From: Octopus sinensis
Taxonomy: Eukaryota
NCBI RefSeq assembly: GCF_006345805.1
Contig: NC_043000.1
Coordinates: 56,110,001-56,174,000, forward strand
DNA: 64,000 nt
Reading direction: 5' to 3'
Position 1 is the stretch's first letter; every line of letters begins with the position of its first letter. A model generated the notes under the pieces. It was not told the DNA's origin, made no database searches, and saw only the letters and a program-made list of their open reading frames with translations. The translations under genes and the position numbers were made by a program. Positions 38,574 through 50,745 of the stretch are shown piece by piece.

Positions 38574-38632
38574 CAATGATATATGGAAAATCAGTGACAG
38601 GACAGGCACTGGTGTCACGATTAGTAAGTGAC
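38574..38632 (-). CDS. Possible small internal exon (xSLTNRDTSACPVTDFPYII G, or the alternative frame)
   Basis: Acceptor atctttgttaacgag and donor TTG/gtgagg. Two of three frames are open over 59 nt. Confidence 0.2.
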
Positions 38633-38744
38633 CTCGTTAACAAAGATATATTAGTGACATTAAAATTTATTTCTATTTCATTGACTATCACAGCCTTCAT
38701 GGTATTTTCACATTATATATTATTATAGATGTTGTTGTTGTTTA

Positions 38745-38992
38745 TTTCTTCTCAAGCCATGCTGGTTTCCCAGTTTCATTTGTGTATAGGTTCTCTACCT
38801 GGACAGGACACCAGTCCATCACAGGTGAGATGCTAGATGCAGGAGGAAAGAATGAGATAAAGTTGTGGTGAAAGAGCAGTAGTTCGCCATTACTTTCTGC
38901 CAGAGCCGTGTGGAACTTAGATATTTCACTCGACCTGCGATGCCTCGACCATGAGTCCACTGCTCTAACCACTAGGCCATGTGCCTCCACAT
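38745..38992 (-). mobile_element. tRNA-derived SINE
   Basis: The minus strand reads gtggaggcacatggcctagtggttagagcagtggactc... and ends with the gatggactggtgtcctgtccagg module and gagaagaaataaa. Confidence 0.75.
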
Positions 38993-40755
38993 TATCATAT
39001 ATGCAATAATCAAATTATATATTATGTATTTTGTTGTTGTTTTTTTTGTGCATGTGTTCCCCAGTCCATGGAAAAATTATCTTGGATGAAACTAGCACTA
39101 GGTACAAAAATGGCTAGTGACCACTATTTGACAGTATTTAGTTCTGACTCTACATTTTAAGCTCAAATCCCACTAAAGTTAACTTTGCCCTTCACTCCCA
39201 TGGGGTCAATAAGAAATATAAGCAGTCAAGAACAGGAGTCAAAGGTAACATATAACCCCTTCCACTTGAAATTGCTGGCCTCTACCCTATTTTAGAAACA
39301 ATTAGTATATGAGGTAGTGAGCAGGAAGGAGCATTAAAACATTATTTAAAATGCTTTGCAATATTTCTTGCAGTTCTTTACGTTCTGAGTTCAAACCCCT
39401 TAGTTCTAATTTTATATTTAATTATATATTTTCTTTTATTTGTAGTGCTACTTTATATTGTATCTCAATGTGTATATGTGCGTGTGTGCGATTCTGTATG
39501 TGCATATATTTTTCTGGGGTGGGGTTGTGTTTGCAAAGTCTGTTCTTGTCATTGTTTTCATTGTTATGTTCTTGTGTATTAGCTTTGTTGCAACAGTGCA
39601 TATATGCAGTTGTTAGTGCATTTGTGGATATTTGTGACTTCCATGCCTCTAGTTTATTGCTGATGATGTTGTTTAACCCCAGCTTAGGCAGTTCCTATTG
39701 AACAGACTTATCACTAGATGTCTTCCTGCTTTGACCATATTGTATTTTTATGATGCATCTAGGACTATATTATTTTGACTATCCTTAATTTAAGACAGTG
39801 ATAATGGAATTGGAGGGAGATTTGGTTACTATTTTGAACATGTTTAGTAGAGAACTCCTTTCTTGGCTCATACATACATAAGACAGTAGGGAGTGATTTA
39901 AGGGAGATTTGGCTTTCCTTTCTACCAGGTCTAGCTACAATGTAGAGGATCTCGGATAAAAGCATTTGACCTCTAATGTCAATATCATATGGAACTACGT
40001 GAAAATTGGTGAAACATCATAGTTATATAAATAAAAGGAAAGTGCACTTTGAACAAATCGAAATAAGTGCTAGAATAGACAAAAAAATAAAAACCAAAAT
40101 CATCATCAACAACAATGACAGCAATGATGATGATGCTTATGTTGTTGGCGTCAGTGGTGTCATCATCACCATCATCATTATCATCATCAGCATTAACACT
40201 ATGATAGTCCAAATGCTTTCAAGACTTTGTCTTCCCTCCCTCTGGAAGTTAATAAGATAAGTACCAGTTATGTACAGTTTACATCTCCTCAACGTCTTCA
40301 CTCAAAAAAAAAAAAGCTTGCAGACCCTGAGCCTTCTGAGGCAGAAAACACTTGACCAAAGTGTCATGCAGTGGGATCAAACCCAGAGCCATGTGATTAT
40401 GAAGTAAAACTTCTTAACGACATAGCGATGCCTTTCAGACATAATGATTTCTTCTTTGACAAGTGCAGAACAACGATATCTTCTTTGACAGTTCCATTAG
40501 CAAAACCAATGAAACAAAAAGGAAGGGTTGCAAAAAGCAACAACAACAAGAACAAGAACATCAGCAACAACAACAACAACAACATCAGCAACAAGAACAT
40601 CAGCAACAACAACATTAATAAAAGCAGTAGCAACAACTGTAGAATGTCTGAATGTATCCAGAATTTATTTCTGTTTTGTAATGCAAAATTGGTGAGTTGG
40701 CATAGCTGTTAAAGCCTTAGAATATCTGCTCCATTTCTCTATGCTCTGAGATTAA

Positions 40756-40980
40756 CCCTCTTGGTGCCAACCTGCCTGAGACCACTCCCAGTTTTATGAC
40801 AGAGGCCATCTGTTTTTAAAGTGGTCTAAATTAAAACCTTCCATCAAAACTTCATGTTAATTTAATGTTTCCAACACCAGCTTAATGACATTTATTTTAC
40901 TAAATTCCTCGTTATTTTTACAGCAAAATTAATTGAAACAGAAGCAGTTAATTGGAATAGAAATATAATAACAAAAAGGG
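40756..40980. mobile_element. Second piggyBac-like MITE family, decayed
   Basis: TTAA-CCCTCTTGGT...AACAAAAAGGG-TTAT termini. Confidence 0.5.
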
Positions 40981-41732
40981 TTATATTTCACTGAGATCAA
41001 CTTTGCCCTTCGTTCTCTGGTGTGAGTTGGTGAGGGATTGATAAACAATGTATTTATACAGAGCGTTGGATCAGCAAAATTGTTGTTAGAGTGTTGGATG
41101 AGATGAAGATGATTTGCAGTATCTTTTCCAGTTTATTGTATTCTAAGTTCAAAATCCACTTCCCCACTTCCTATCTCCAGCATTCTCATGGCAGGAAACG
41201 GAGTTTTCAGGATCTGCTTAAGGGTGATACATCACCAATGTCAGATGAAATGATATATTGAGAGAAGCAACATCTTAGTCACATAAATATGCATGAACAA
41301 GGCCCCTTCATTGAAAGAAGACAAATGGAAGGATGGAAAAAATATTTTAAAATGCAGCCATATGATAATACCTTCTTAAAATTGTGAATATCATATTTTT
41401 CAACAGGCTTTGTTGCTCTTTATAAAATGAACCACTGTATCATAATAAAGTTGTTTCAGTATATATGTTGTGGTTGTTGCTGTTGTTATTTAACCCCAAG
41501 TCAGGCCTGGTTGAGTACATGTTTAACCAAATGGGTTCCATATGTGACCACCTTAATCTGTATGCATTGCATCTGTACCCATTCAGTTTTCAAAACAGTA
41601 GGATGTAATCTGAAGTGAGAATTGCCTGTTATTTCTAGCAGGTCAAGTGAACATGTAGATGCCACCTCATTGACTAATAATATATATGTACCATGATGAG
41701 GTAGGAATCTTTATATGGTCATCTAATCTACT

Positions 41733-42025
41733 AGAAATAGCAGTCACGTTTCCCTCAAATCTCACACCACCATCTTGAAAAAGAGAACATTAGACAATGT
41801 ATCCTTGGATTCTGTGCATTCAGTGTTTATCAAAGAGGAAAATAAAAAAACAGGATGGTCACATCTGGAATGTGACCATCCAGAAATAGCAGTCACATTT
41901 CCCTCAGATCTCACACCACCATCTTGGAAAAAGAGAACATTAGACAATGTATCCTTGGATTCTGTGCATTCTGTGTTTATCAAAGAGGAAAATAAAAAAC
42001 AGGATGGTCACATCTGGAATGTCTT
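41733..42025 (+). repeat. 149-bp tandem duplication with a hairpin at the junction
   Basis: agaaatagcagtcac at 41733 and 41882. The junction reads ggatggtcacat-ctgga-atgtgaccatcc. Confidence 0.95.
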
Positions 42026-43850
42026 TGGTCATAAGTCTGCTCAATCAGGACTCAACTACTACAGCAGTAACAAAAGTATACTAATAAATAAAACCAAGAG
42101 AGCACTGTATAAGTGATGAATGTTTTATTAGCTAGCTCACAGTGCTTATCTCAGATACTTAGTGGAATAGGATTGGAAAAATAAATATTACACAACTTCA
42201 GTATTTCCATTGTATGGAATCAAAGTCTGCAGGAAATGTATTCAGCCATGTATAGTTGGGAATTATTCTATGAATATCTGATAATACTGGGGTTTTAAGA
42301 ATTCTTTTTCACACAGAAAAACCAAATGGGAAAATATAGTAACAAAATAAATGACACTTTATTTTAGTTGGGAATAAAAACCAATAAACAAAACATCTTT
42401 GGATAGGTGTCTTTTAACCAAGTCCAAACAAAAAGAACCTAGAAAATATAGTCATATATGTCATTCATAAAATATTTTATAATTGATAACATCACAAAAC
42501 ATCACATCACATAAGTAGAATAAAATGTAAGAATTACCTGAGACATACAACAGAGACTAAATCTTCAGTAGCAATACATATGTGTGTGTGTGTTTAAAGT
42601 GTTATTTAGAATGCTTTTGATTTGATTTAGATAAAAGTTTCTATGAAGTGTTATTAAAAGTTTATTTTAAAAGCATTGTTTAGAATCTCTTCTATTATAA
42701 TTCCATTCACATTTAGGATTCATTATAGGAATTGACACCAGTATTTGACCCGTGTTTGATATCGACACAAGTTTTTTTTCTAAATGTTAAGTAGTATATG
42801 TTTGTTTGGAAGGGAGATGTCAGAATTGGAAGTGAGGGAGTAAGCGACATCACATTATGAAGTGGATGGTTTGATCTTCCTTTTACTTTATCAGGCATCC
42901 AGAATGATCAGTAGCATGAAGCAAGGGGTTTGCTTTCAGTAACCATCTTCACAGCAATGCATACTTAGCCTTCTCTCCCATACATGTGAGGTTCAATAAC
43001 CCCTGGAGACAATGCATGTGGTATCACAGCGGGACAAAAGTCCACTGTGAGCTCCTGGCTTTGAAGTCTTGTTTGGTGTCAGCATAAGAAGAATGAAAGG
43101 GAAAATGTTGTCTTTTTCTTAAATAATGGTTCCAGGCGAGATCTCATTTTTGTCTCACATATGGCAATGGTTGCAGGCAAGATCTCATTGTTTCAAAATG
43201 GTGCTGGCTTCTTTGTGCTTTGCTACAGACCCATTTCTTTACACACACACACACACACATTCATAGCAAGAAGCACCACACTGAGAATAGTATTTACTAG
43301 AGACAGATCTGATCTGAATATTTGCAACAAAGTGAACTCTAGTACTTTCACAAACACTTTGTAAACCGAATCTAGCCTATCTCTAGCCTTTCCTTTTCCC
43401 CACCCACTAAAGTTACATTGCTAGCAACTGGAAATTTGACTACATTCCTTCATCTTTATAAATCACAGAATGTGCCAATTACTTAAAAGTTTCACCATGT
43501 GGTTTCAGTGTTTACACGGGTTCCAGATAAATTTCTGGTTGAGGCTTAGTATGTATCCTGTTGCTCCAATAATAATAGGTATGAAGCTGAAAGTGTACTT
43601 TAGGTACTGGATTTGCAAACTCCTTATCAATGATTCATAGATGTCCTCTTTCTCTTGTAGTTCTCTAACAACATTCATGTCCAGAGGGCAACTTCTTTCC
43701 ACAAGAGAACCTACATGCAAGCATGCATGCATGCATGCATGCATGCATGTATGTATGTATGTATGTATGTATGTATGTATGTATGTATGTATGTATGTAT
43801 GTATGTATGTATGTATGTATGTATGTATGTATGTTTGTTTGTTTATGTCA

Positions 43851-43928
43851 GGTCACTTTCGAGTGCTACTGGTAACATGTAACCCAGTACAACCTGTTGC
43901 ATGGTCGGGCTGTCGGCGACTAAACCGG
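43851..43928 (+). ncRNA. HDV-like self-cleaving ribozyme fold (probably decayed)
   Basis: P1 GGUCAC/AUGGUC, P2 CCAGU/ACCGG, P3 ACA/UGC, L3 ACCUGU, P1.1 CC/GG, P4 GCU-guc-GGC, J4/2 GA-C-UAA. The elements occur in the canonical nested double-pseudoknot order. Confidence 0.6.
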
Positions 43929-44243
43929 CAATCCCACCAAGCTTGCTTGGTGAGGAGGGCGTTTATTGGACACCCTGCGGGATGAAAAACAAAACCTGTC
44001 AAAGGGTGGAGGAACTCTTGAGAGTCAACAGCCATCCAATAAATGTGTAATTTATTTTCTTCTTAAAGCTTAAGGCTGTATCACGCGTGGGGACATAGAA
44101 ATAATCGGACTGAATACCCAATCGAACGGTTAAACCATTGGAAGTGAAGGACTCCTAGCCTTTGTTAGGGTATCCTTCTAGGAGAAGGTAACTCAGGTAA
44201 CTGGAATAACTCTGACATACTCGATAACGAGCGGGCAGCCATC
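43851..44243 (+). mobile_element. RTE-type 5'UTR-only element embedded in (ATGT)n
   Basis: GC-richer island flanked by ATGT-type microsatellite. Contains ctaggagaaggtaactc, resembling the CTAGGAGAAGGAAAACTC motif I recall from RTE 5'UTRs. No ORF follows. Confidence 0.55.
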
Positions 44244-45263
44244 ATGTATGTATGTATGTGTATGTATGTATGGATGGATGCATGCATGCATGTATGTATA
44301 GTGTAAGATGGATTCATACAGGTGAGAATTACAATCAAGCGAAAAATGTAATCAAGAGTGATAGGCAGAGAGGAAACACAGGTACAATCCATCTAACAAG
44401 CTACAAGTTTCCATTTACCCAATTTTACTGGGGTGATCTTAAAGCAAAAGTAAAATATAGATGTTATTTAATGGGATTGAACCTGAGACTTCATGATTGC
44501 AAAGATAGCTTCTTAACCATTCAGCCATGCCTGCATATATACACAAACATACACACATATACATGCATGTGTTTGGTTTGTATTTGTTTAACTCTGCAAG
44601 TGTGTGTTTACATGTATGTCCTTATGTGTGTGTATGTGTGTGCATGTGTGCGTGACTGTATGTGTGACATGCACTTAACTGTGACGTTCACTGATTTAGA
44701 ATCTGATGACTTAAGCTTTGTAATGTACAAGTAGTTAAATTGGAGTGAGTTTAAGATGTTTCAGGTGTCTCATTTCTTATTCTTCAAGTATTATCAAATG
44801 TTTCTAAGCTGATTTCAAAGATATTTTCCACATCGTACAAATAATCTGCTATTACAACAACCGACAAATTTCATGATCTCAGTCATCTCGTTTGAAATAG
44901 TTAAGTGGCTGCTAGTATATTTGATGTAGCAAAGCAAGAAATGTTAATTCATTGAAAATTCTAGCTTACTGGTTAAAGTGTTCATCCCAAGATCATTAGA
45001 TCACAAAATCAATTCCTGGACTGGGTGGCATATCATATCCTCGACCAAGGCCCTTCATTTTACACAATCTCAGTCTACTTAGCTGCAAAAGAGTACCAGC
45101 TGAGTCTTGGTGAAGCTCTTTCTCCTTTCTCCCTCCAGTTGTTGCATCCTAGATGTGATGCTGTATCAAGGGTGAGGGTGGGCACCGAGATGGTGTCTAC
45201 ATCTATCTAGGACTACATGAGCACTTAAAATAGTAAGCCAAGGCATGGTACATGTTTCCAAGT

Positions 45264-45469
45264 CGTCTGCAGTTACGTCGTCTGCAGTTACGTCGTCTGC
45301 CGTTACGTTCTGAGTTCAAATTCCGCCGAGTTCGACTTTGCCTTTCATCCTTTCAGGGTCGATTAAATAAGTACCAGTTACGCACTGGGGTTGATATAAT
45401 CGACTTAATCCGTTTGTCAGTCCTTGTTTGTCCTCTCTGTGTTTAGCCCCTTGTGGGTAGTAAAGAAAT
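45264..45469 (+). mobile_element. 5'-truncated SINE of the 60841 family with an 18-bp TSD
   Basis: TSD tggtacatgtt(t/a)ccaagt at 45246-45263 and 45470-45487. Confidence 0.9.
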
Positions 45470-45654
45470 TGGTACATGTTACCAAGTTACAAATGATGGC
45501 TGGATATGTTTGACTAGATCAAATATGCTTCGTTTGTGGTAACCTTTTACAAAAAAAATCACTTAATAGGTCCAGAAGTAAAAGAACGGGGTTGGGGATG
45601 GTTGTGCTTACATGCATATGTTTGTATGCATGTGTGTGTTCATGTGTGTATATA

Positions 45655-47020
45655 TATATATATATATATACATACATACATGCACACATACCTACATATC
45701 ATGGTCTGATCGGCATCTTTCCTCATGTTTCTTGAAATTTATATCCACATCTTTATGAGTATATTTACCTTCTCTGGGATGTCAATAATTAATTTAAGAA
45801 CTTTGTATTGTTGGAAAACATATATGGTCTGCTTGGAATCTTACTTCATTTTCCTGGAACTCACATCTATAACTTTATAAGTATATTTACACTCTCTAAG
45901 ATGTTTGGAAAACCTATATGAAATTTAGCTGAAGATTACTTGACATTATATTTGCTGTAATATTTGCAGCTTTAATAAAATGTTTATAGTATGAAACAAT
46001 TGTAGTAAACTACCGATCCATTCTTGTTGCTTATTTTTTGGTTACATACATCAAAGACATATATCAAGAATTATACATATATCAAGAATTATACAAACAC
46101 ACACACTCACACATATATATATATAAGACCTAAATCATTCAAAGGAATGTTAAACATTCAAGTCTGCCAGTTCAATTCAAAGCAAAGAATACATAAAAAT
46201 CTATATATTCAATATTGGTACAATAAATGAATAAATTATAATAAAGAAAAAAAAAACAGAAGTGTAGATGCTACTTTATTCTGGTACATATATCAAATAA
46301 AATCTCTACAAGTTGTTTCAAAGCCTACTTAATTCAAAACAAAATGAAGTAAAACCTTTTGAAATCACAAATTAGGCTTTTCCTAAGGAATTCATTATTG
46401 GAATGAATGTGTTATACCAACAAAAATATAAAGACCTTTACAACAGCCCATTCATTCCAATAATGAATTCCTAAGGAAAAGCCTAATTTGTGATTTCAAA
46501 AGGATTTATTTCGTTTTCTTTTGCTTGGAAACAATTTGTAGAGTTTTTATTGGATATATGGACTAACTTGGAATAAAGTAACATCTACACATCTATTTTT
46601 TCCCTTTCCTTATTATGCTTTATTTATATGTATGTATGTAACCAAAAAATAAGCAACAAGAATGGATCGGTAGTTTACTACAATTGTTTCATAATATAAA
46701 CATTTTATTAAAGCTGCAAATATTACAGCAAATATAATGTCAAGTAATCTTCAGCTAAATTTCATATAGGTTTTCCAAACATCTTAGAGAGTGTAAATAT
46801 ACTTATAAAGTTATAGATGTGAGTTCCAGGAAAATGAAGTAAGATTCCAAGCAGACCATATATGTTTTCCAACAATACAAAGTTCTTAAATTAATTATTG
46901 ACATCCCAGAGAAGGTAAATATACTCATAAAGATGTGGATATAAATTTCAAGAAACATGAGGAAAGACCACAATATGTATGTAGGTATGTGTGCATGTAT
47001 GTATGTATGTATATATATAT
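45655..47020. repeat. ~1.35-kb imperfect palindrome
   Basis: Outer arms 45716-46051 and 46632-46967 are almost identical. Inner arms are about 46228-46409 and 46449-46625. Spacer 46410-46448. Confidence 0.95.
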
Positions 47021-47980
47021 ACATATATATTGCCTTTTATTTTTTACTTGTTTCAGTCATTGGAATGCAGCCACACTGGGCAATTGCTTTCTAGGGTTTA
47101 GGCAAGCAAATCAACCCCAGTGCTCATTTTTAAAAGCCTGGTACTTATTCTATCAGGCACTTTTGCCAAAACACTAAGTTGCAGGAGCATAGACAAACCC
47201 ACACTATTTGTGAAGCAGTGGTGGGAGACAAACACACATACACACAGCCATACATATTACATATATATATATATCTGAGATACATGTATGTATACACTCC
47301 ACTGTTATAAATTTTCATATAACAGGAGTGTGCCTAAATCATTTTCTGGGCATTCTTCTCATATTTATCTCTCTTGATAGTCTGAAGTGGCAGTATAATT
47401 AGAGAAAACTACACATCCCTCACTAGTTATCTGTATAAGAGACACTTAGCTATAAACCAATGGTTTATTCTCAACCTTTCATAGCTGAGTACCTCTTTCC
47501 ATAAGATAGCATTTTACAAAAAAAAAAAACATCCCCCTTGTTTCGCAAAAAGCACAAAACAGAAACACTAGATTATTTTTATCAAATAAAAGTTAACTTT
47601 ACATAATGGTTTATTATTGCATCCTATTTTAGGATATTTGCATTCACTAGTGACTCATAAATTAAATTATTTATTAAAGAACATGATTATTAAAGAGCAT
47701 GAGGACTTATCTAATGGAATTATATTAGACTTTGGCACATCATCAGTGATATTCTCATCACTGATAACATAATGTCTGACTTACATTTTAATCCCAATAA
47801 AAATTTTATTTATTTAATGAGTTTAAAATGTAAATATTGTACATAGTTTAAATATTTTATTGCAAGAAATGCAGGCACAGCTGTGTTTTCTACAATAGCC
47901 TCAAGCCAACCAATACCTTGTAAGCAAATTTAGCAGGTAAAAACAGAGTGGAAGCCCATCATATATATATATATATATAT

Positions 47981-48314
47981 CATCATTCATTTAGCGTCCG
48001 TTTTCCATGCTAGCATGGGTTGGACGGTTCAACTGGGGTCTGGGGAGCCCGAAGGCTGCACCAGGCCAGTCAGATCTGGCAGTGTTTCTACAGCTGGATG
48101 CCCTTCCTAACGCCAACCACTCCGAGAGTGTAGTGGGTGATTTTATGTGCCACCGACACAGGTGCCAGACGAGGCTGGCGAACGGCCACGCTCGGATGGT
48201 ATTTTTTATGTGCCACCGACACAGGTGCCAGACGAGGCTGGCAGACGGCCACGCTCGGATGGTGTTTTTATGTGCCACCGACACAGGGGCCAGATGAGGC
48301 TGGCGAACGGCCAC
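47981..48314 (-). mobile_element. RTE 3' end with three 63-bp units, nested in the (TA)n tract of an older SINE
   Basis: Reverse complement of about 57530-57850. SINE halves lie at about 47875-47962 and 48330-48550. Confidence 0.85.
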
Positions 48315-48746
48315 ATATATATATATATAGTTATGGTATATTTTGTTAAGAACATTGTAGAGTACAGTATAGCTTGTCCACAACTCTAGTGATTGAAAAA
48401 TAAATGTCCTTCTAACTTAGCTGTTCGGCAAAGGAGACCAATAGAACAAATACTAGATTTACAATGAATAAGTCCTGGGGTTGATTTTTTTTTTCAACTA
48501 AAAGCCCTTTAAGGTTGTGTTCCATCATGGCCACAGTCAAAGAATAAAAGAATATATATATTTTCAAGGCACAAGTTTAGGCAAAGATGTGTGGTAAGAA
48601 GCTTTCTTCCGAACTACATGATTCCAAGTCTAGTCCCACTGCAGGGCACCTTGGGCAAGTGTCTTCTATTATCTTGGGTCAACTAAAGCCTTGTGAGTGG
48701 ATTTAGCATATGGAAACTGAAAGAAGCCCATCATGTATATATATAT

Positions 48747-48790
<44 letters not shown>

Positions 48791-49395
48791 GCCTTCATGT
48801 CTCTGTTTGTCCCCATCACCACTTGACAACCAGTGTTATTGTGTATACATCTCTGTAAATTAGCTGTTCAGCAAAAGAGAGTGATAGAATAAGTACCAGG
48901 TTCAACAAAAAAATCTGTACTGGACTCAATACATTTGACTAAAAATTCTTCAAGGTAGTGCCCTAGCATGGCCACAGTCTAATGACTGAACCAAGTAAGA
49001 GATAAAAGATCCTAAATTCCAAACTGTTTAGTAACAGAGAAAAGAGAGAATTTCTTACATGAAGTTTCCTAAGTTCAATCACAAAGATTGACTGCTACCA
49101 CCATCATTTCTAAGTAAAATTACAATCTTCTAAACACCCAGCCTTTACCCCATTGCACTCGCTTGACATTTGCTGTCCCCTTGTGAGCTCACAACACCAC
49201 TCAAGGAGATGCTCCAGCCAGGGTTAAGAATCACTGTTACAGACAAATATTCAGTATTCTCATAGACACCAAATAAGTAGGTTTCAGAACTAAGGTCAAT
49301 ACTTCATGATGTTATTTGGTTGTTGCTTAATGATAACCTTTACAAAAACTCAGCTGATGAGTTCAGAAGTGAATTGAATGTTTGTGTGTTTGTGT

Positions 49396-49430
<35 letters not shown>

Positions 49431-49447
49431 CATACATATTATACATA

Positions 49448-49619
49448 TATTGATAATAAGGAGGATGAAGAATTTGAACATTCAAACTTTATATTTATTT
49501 ACAGTTGGTTTATTCATATCAATTGTCTAACATGTGTTGGACAATTCATATGAATAAACCAACTGCACATAAACATAAAATTTGATGGTTCAAATTTTTC
49601 CTTCTCCTTATTATCAGTA
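49448..49619. repeat. ~172-bp palindrome with almost no loop (MITE-like)
   Basis: tattgataataaggag...tcaattgtctaaca-tg-tgttggacaattc...ctccttattatcagta. Confidence 0.9.
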
Positions 49620-50099
49620 TTGTACTTTACACTCTAAGTAGCCAGGAAAAAAACTGTAACATCAGAGGGGAGTTAAAAAAAATATACTATAAAGTGCACC
49701 AACTAAAGGAACCAGCCTTAGCATTTTACATTGTCTAAGTTTATCTTGCTTTCTACAGCTAAGTGCCCTTCTTAGCATTAGCTTTACAGAGGATATTGAG
49801 TGCTTTCTTCATGCCACCATTGCTAGTGAGGTCACTTTATCAGTTACACACACACACACACACACATTCATCTCACTCTCTATACATATAGTCATATCTA
49901 TTTATCTATATGTGGATGTGATGTATGTGTGTGTGTGTTATGTGTGTGAGTTTGTGTGTGTGCACTATTAATTTATGCATATAGACCCGGCAGAAAAAGT
50001 CACTAGCCAGAAGTTGCTGACTTTGTGAGAGTGAAATGATTCTATTATTCATAGTTTCATACACTTTAAGATCCATTATTCCATATTCCAAAATGAATA

Positions 50100-50103
50100 T
50101 ATG

Positions 50104-50187
<84 letters not shown>

Positions 50188-50240
50188 ATCATCATCATCA
50201 TCACCTCCATCATCCTCCTCCTCCTCATTATTATTATTAT
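50100..50240 (+). repeat. Compound microsatellite (TAC)n(TTC)n(ATC)n(CTC)n(ATT)n
   Basis: Read directly. It abuts the 3' end of the RTE relic on the minus strand. Confidence 0.95.
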
Positions 50241-50244
50241 ATAT

Positions 50245-50745
50245 GTGTTTTCCATGATTACATGGATTGCATGGGTCTTCTCCAGTAGAGCACCTTGTCA
50301 GTTTTTTTGCAGTGTTTCCTTATTTCCGTTGTAAAGTTTAACTGTCTAAAATCAGCTTTCATCACTTATTCTCATGTCCTTCTTTGCAATCTTCACCTTG
50401 TTTTGGTGCTTGCTATTCAGATTGCTTTCCTGTTATTTAACCAACATTCATACTCAATACATATCATTTGTTCATAGCAGCATATTCCTCACTCAAGCAT
50501 ACAACATTTGATTCTTGTTATGCACAGCTTTTCTCTCAGTTCATTTGTGTTGCGTCATTTATGCACATCAATATTACACATTCAACAGAGCATGTTTGCC
50601 CCATTTCACTCCAACTTCATGCATCACATGCATTCAATGACCATGTTTCACAACAATGCAACATTGCATTTTTATACAAGCTGCCCTTCACTCAGGGAGA
50701 AAATTGCATTGTTACTCACAGAGAAAATTGCATTGTTACTCACAG
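50245..50745 (-). mobile_element. Heavily decayed RTE LINE 3' fragment
   Basis: The minus strand (ttctccctgagtgaagggcagcttgtataaaaatgc...ctgagagaaaagc...ggagaagaccc...catggaaaaca) is colinear with 5300-5730 and the RTE tail. A 24-bp tandem duplication lies at its 5' end. Confidence 0.7.
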
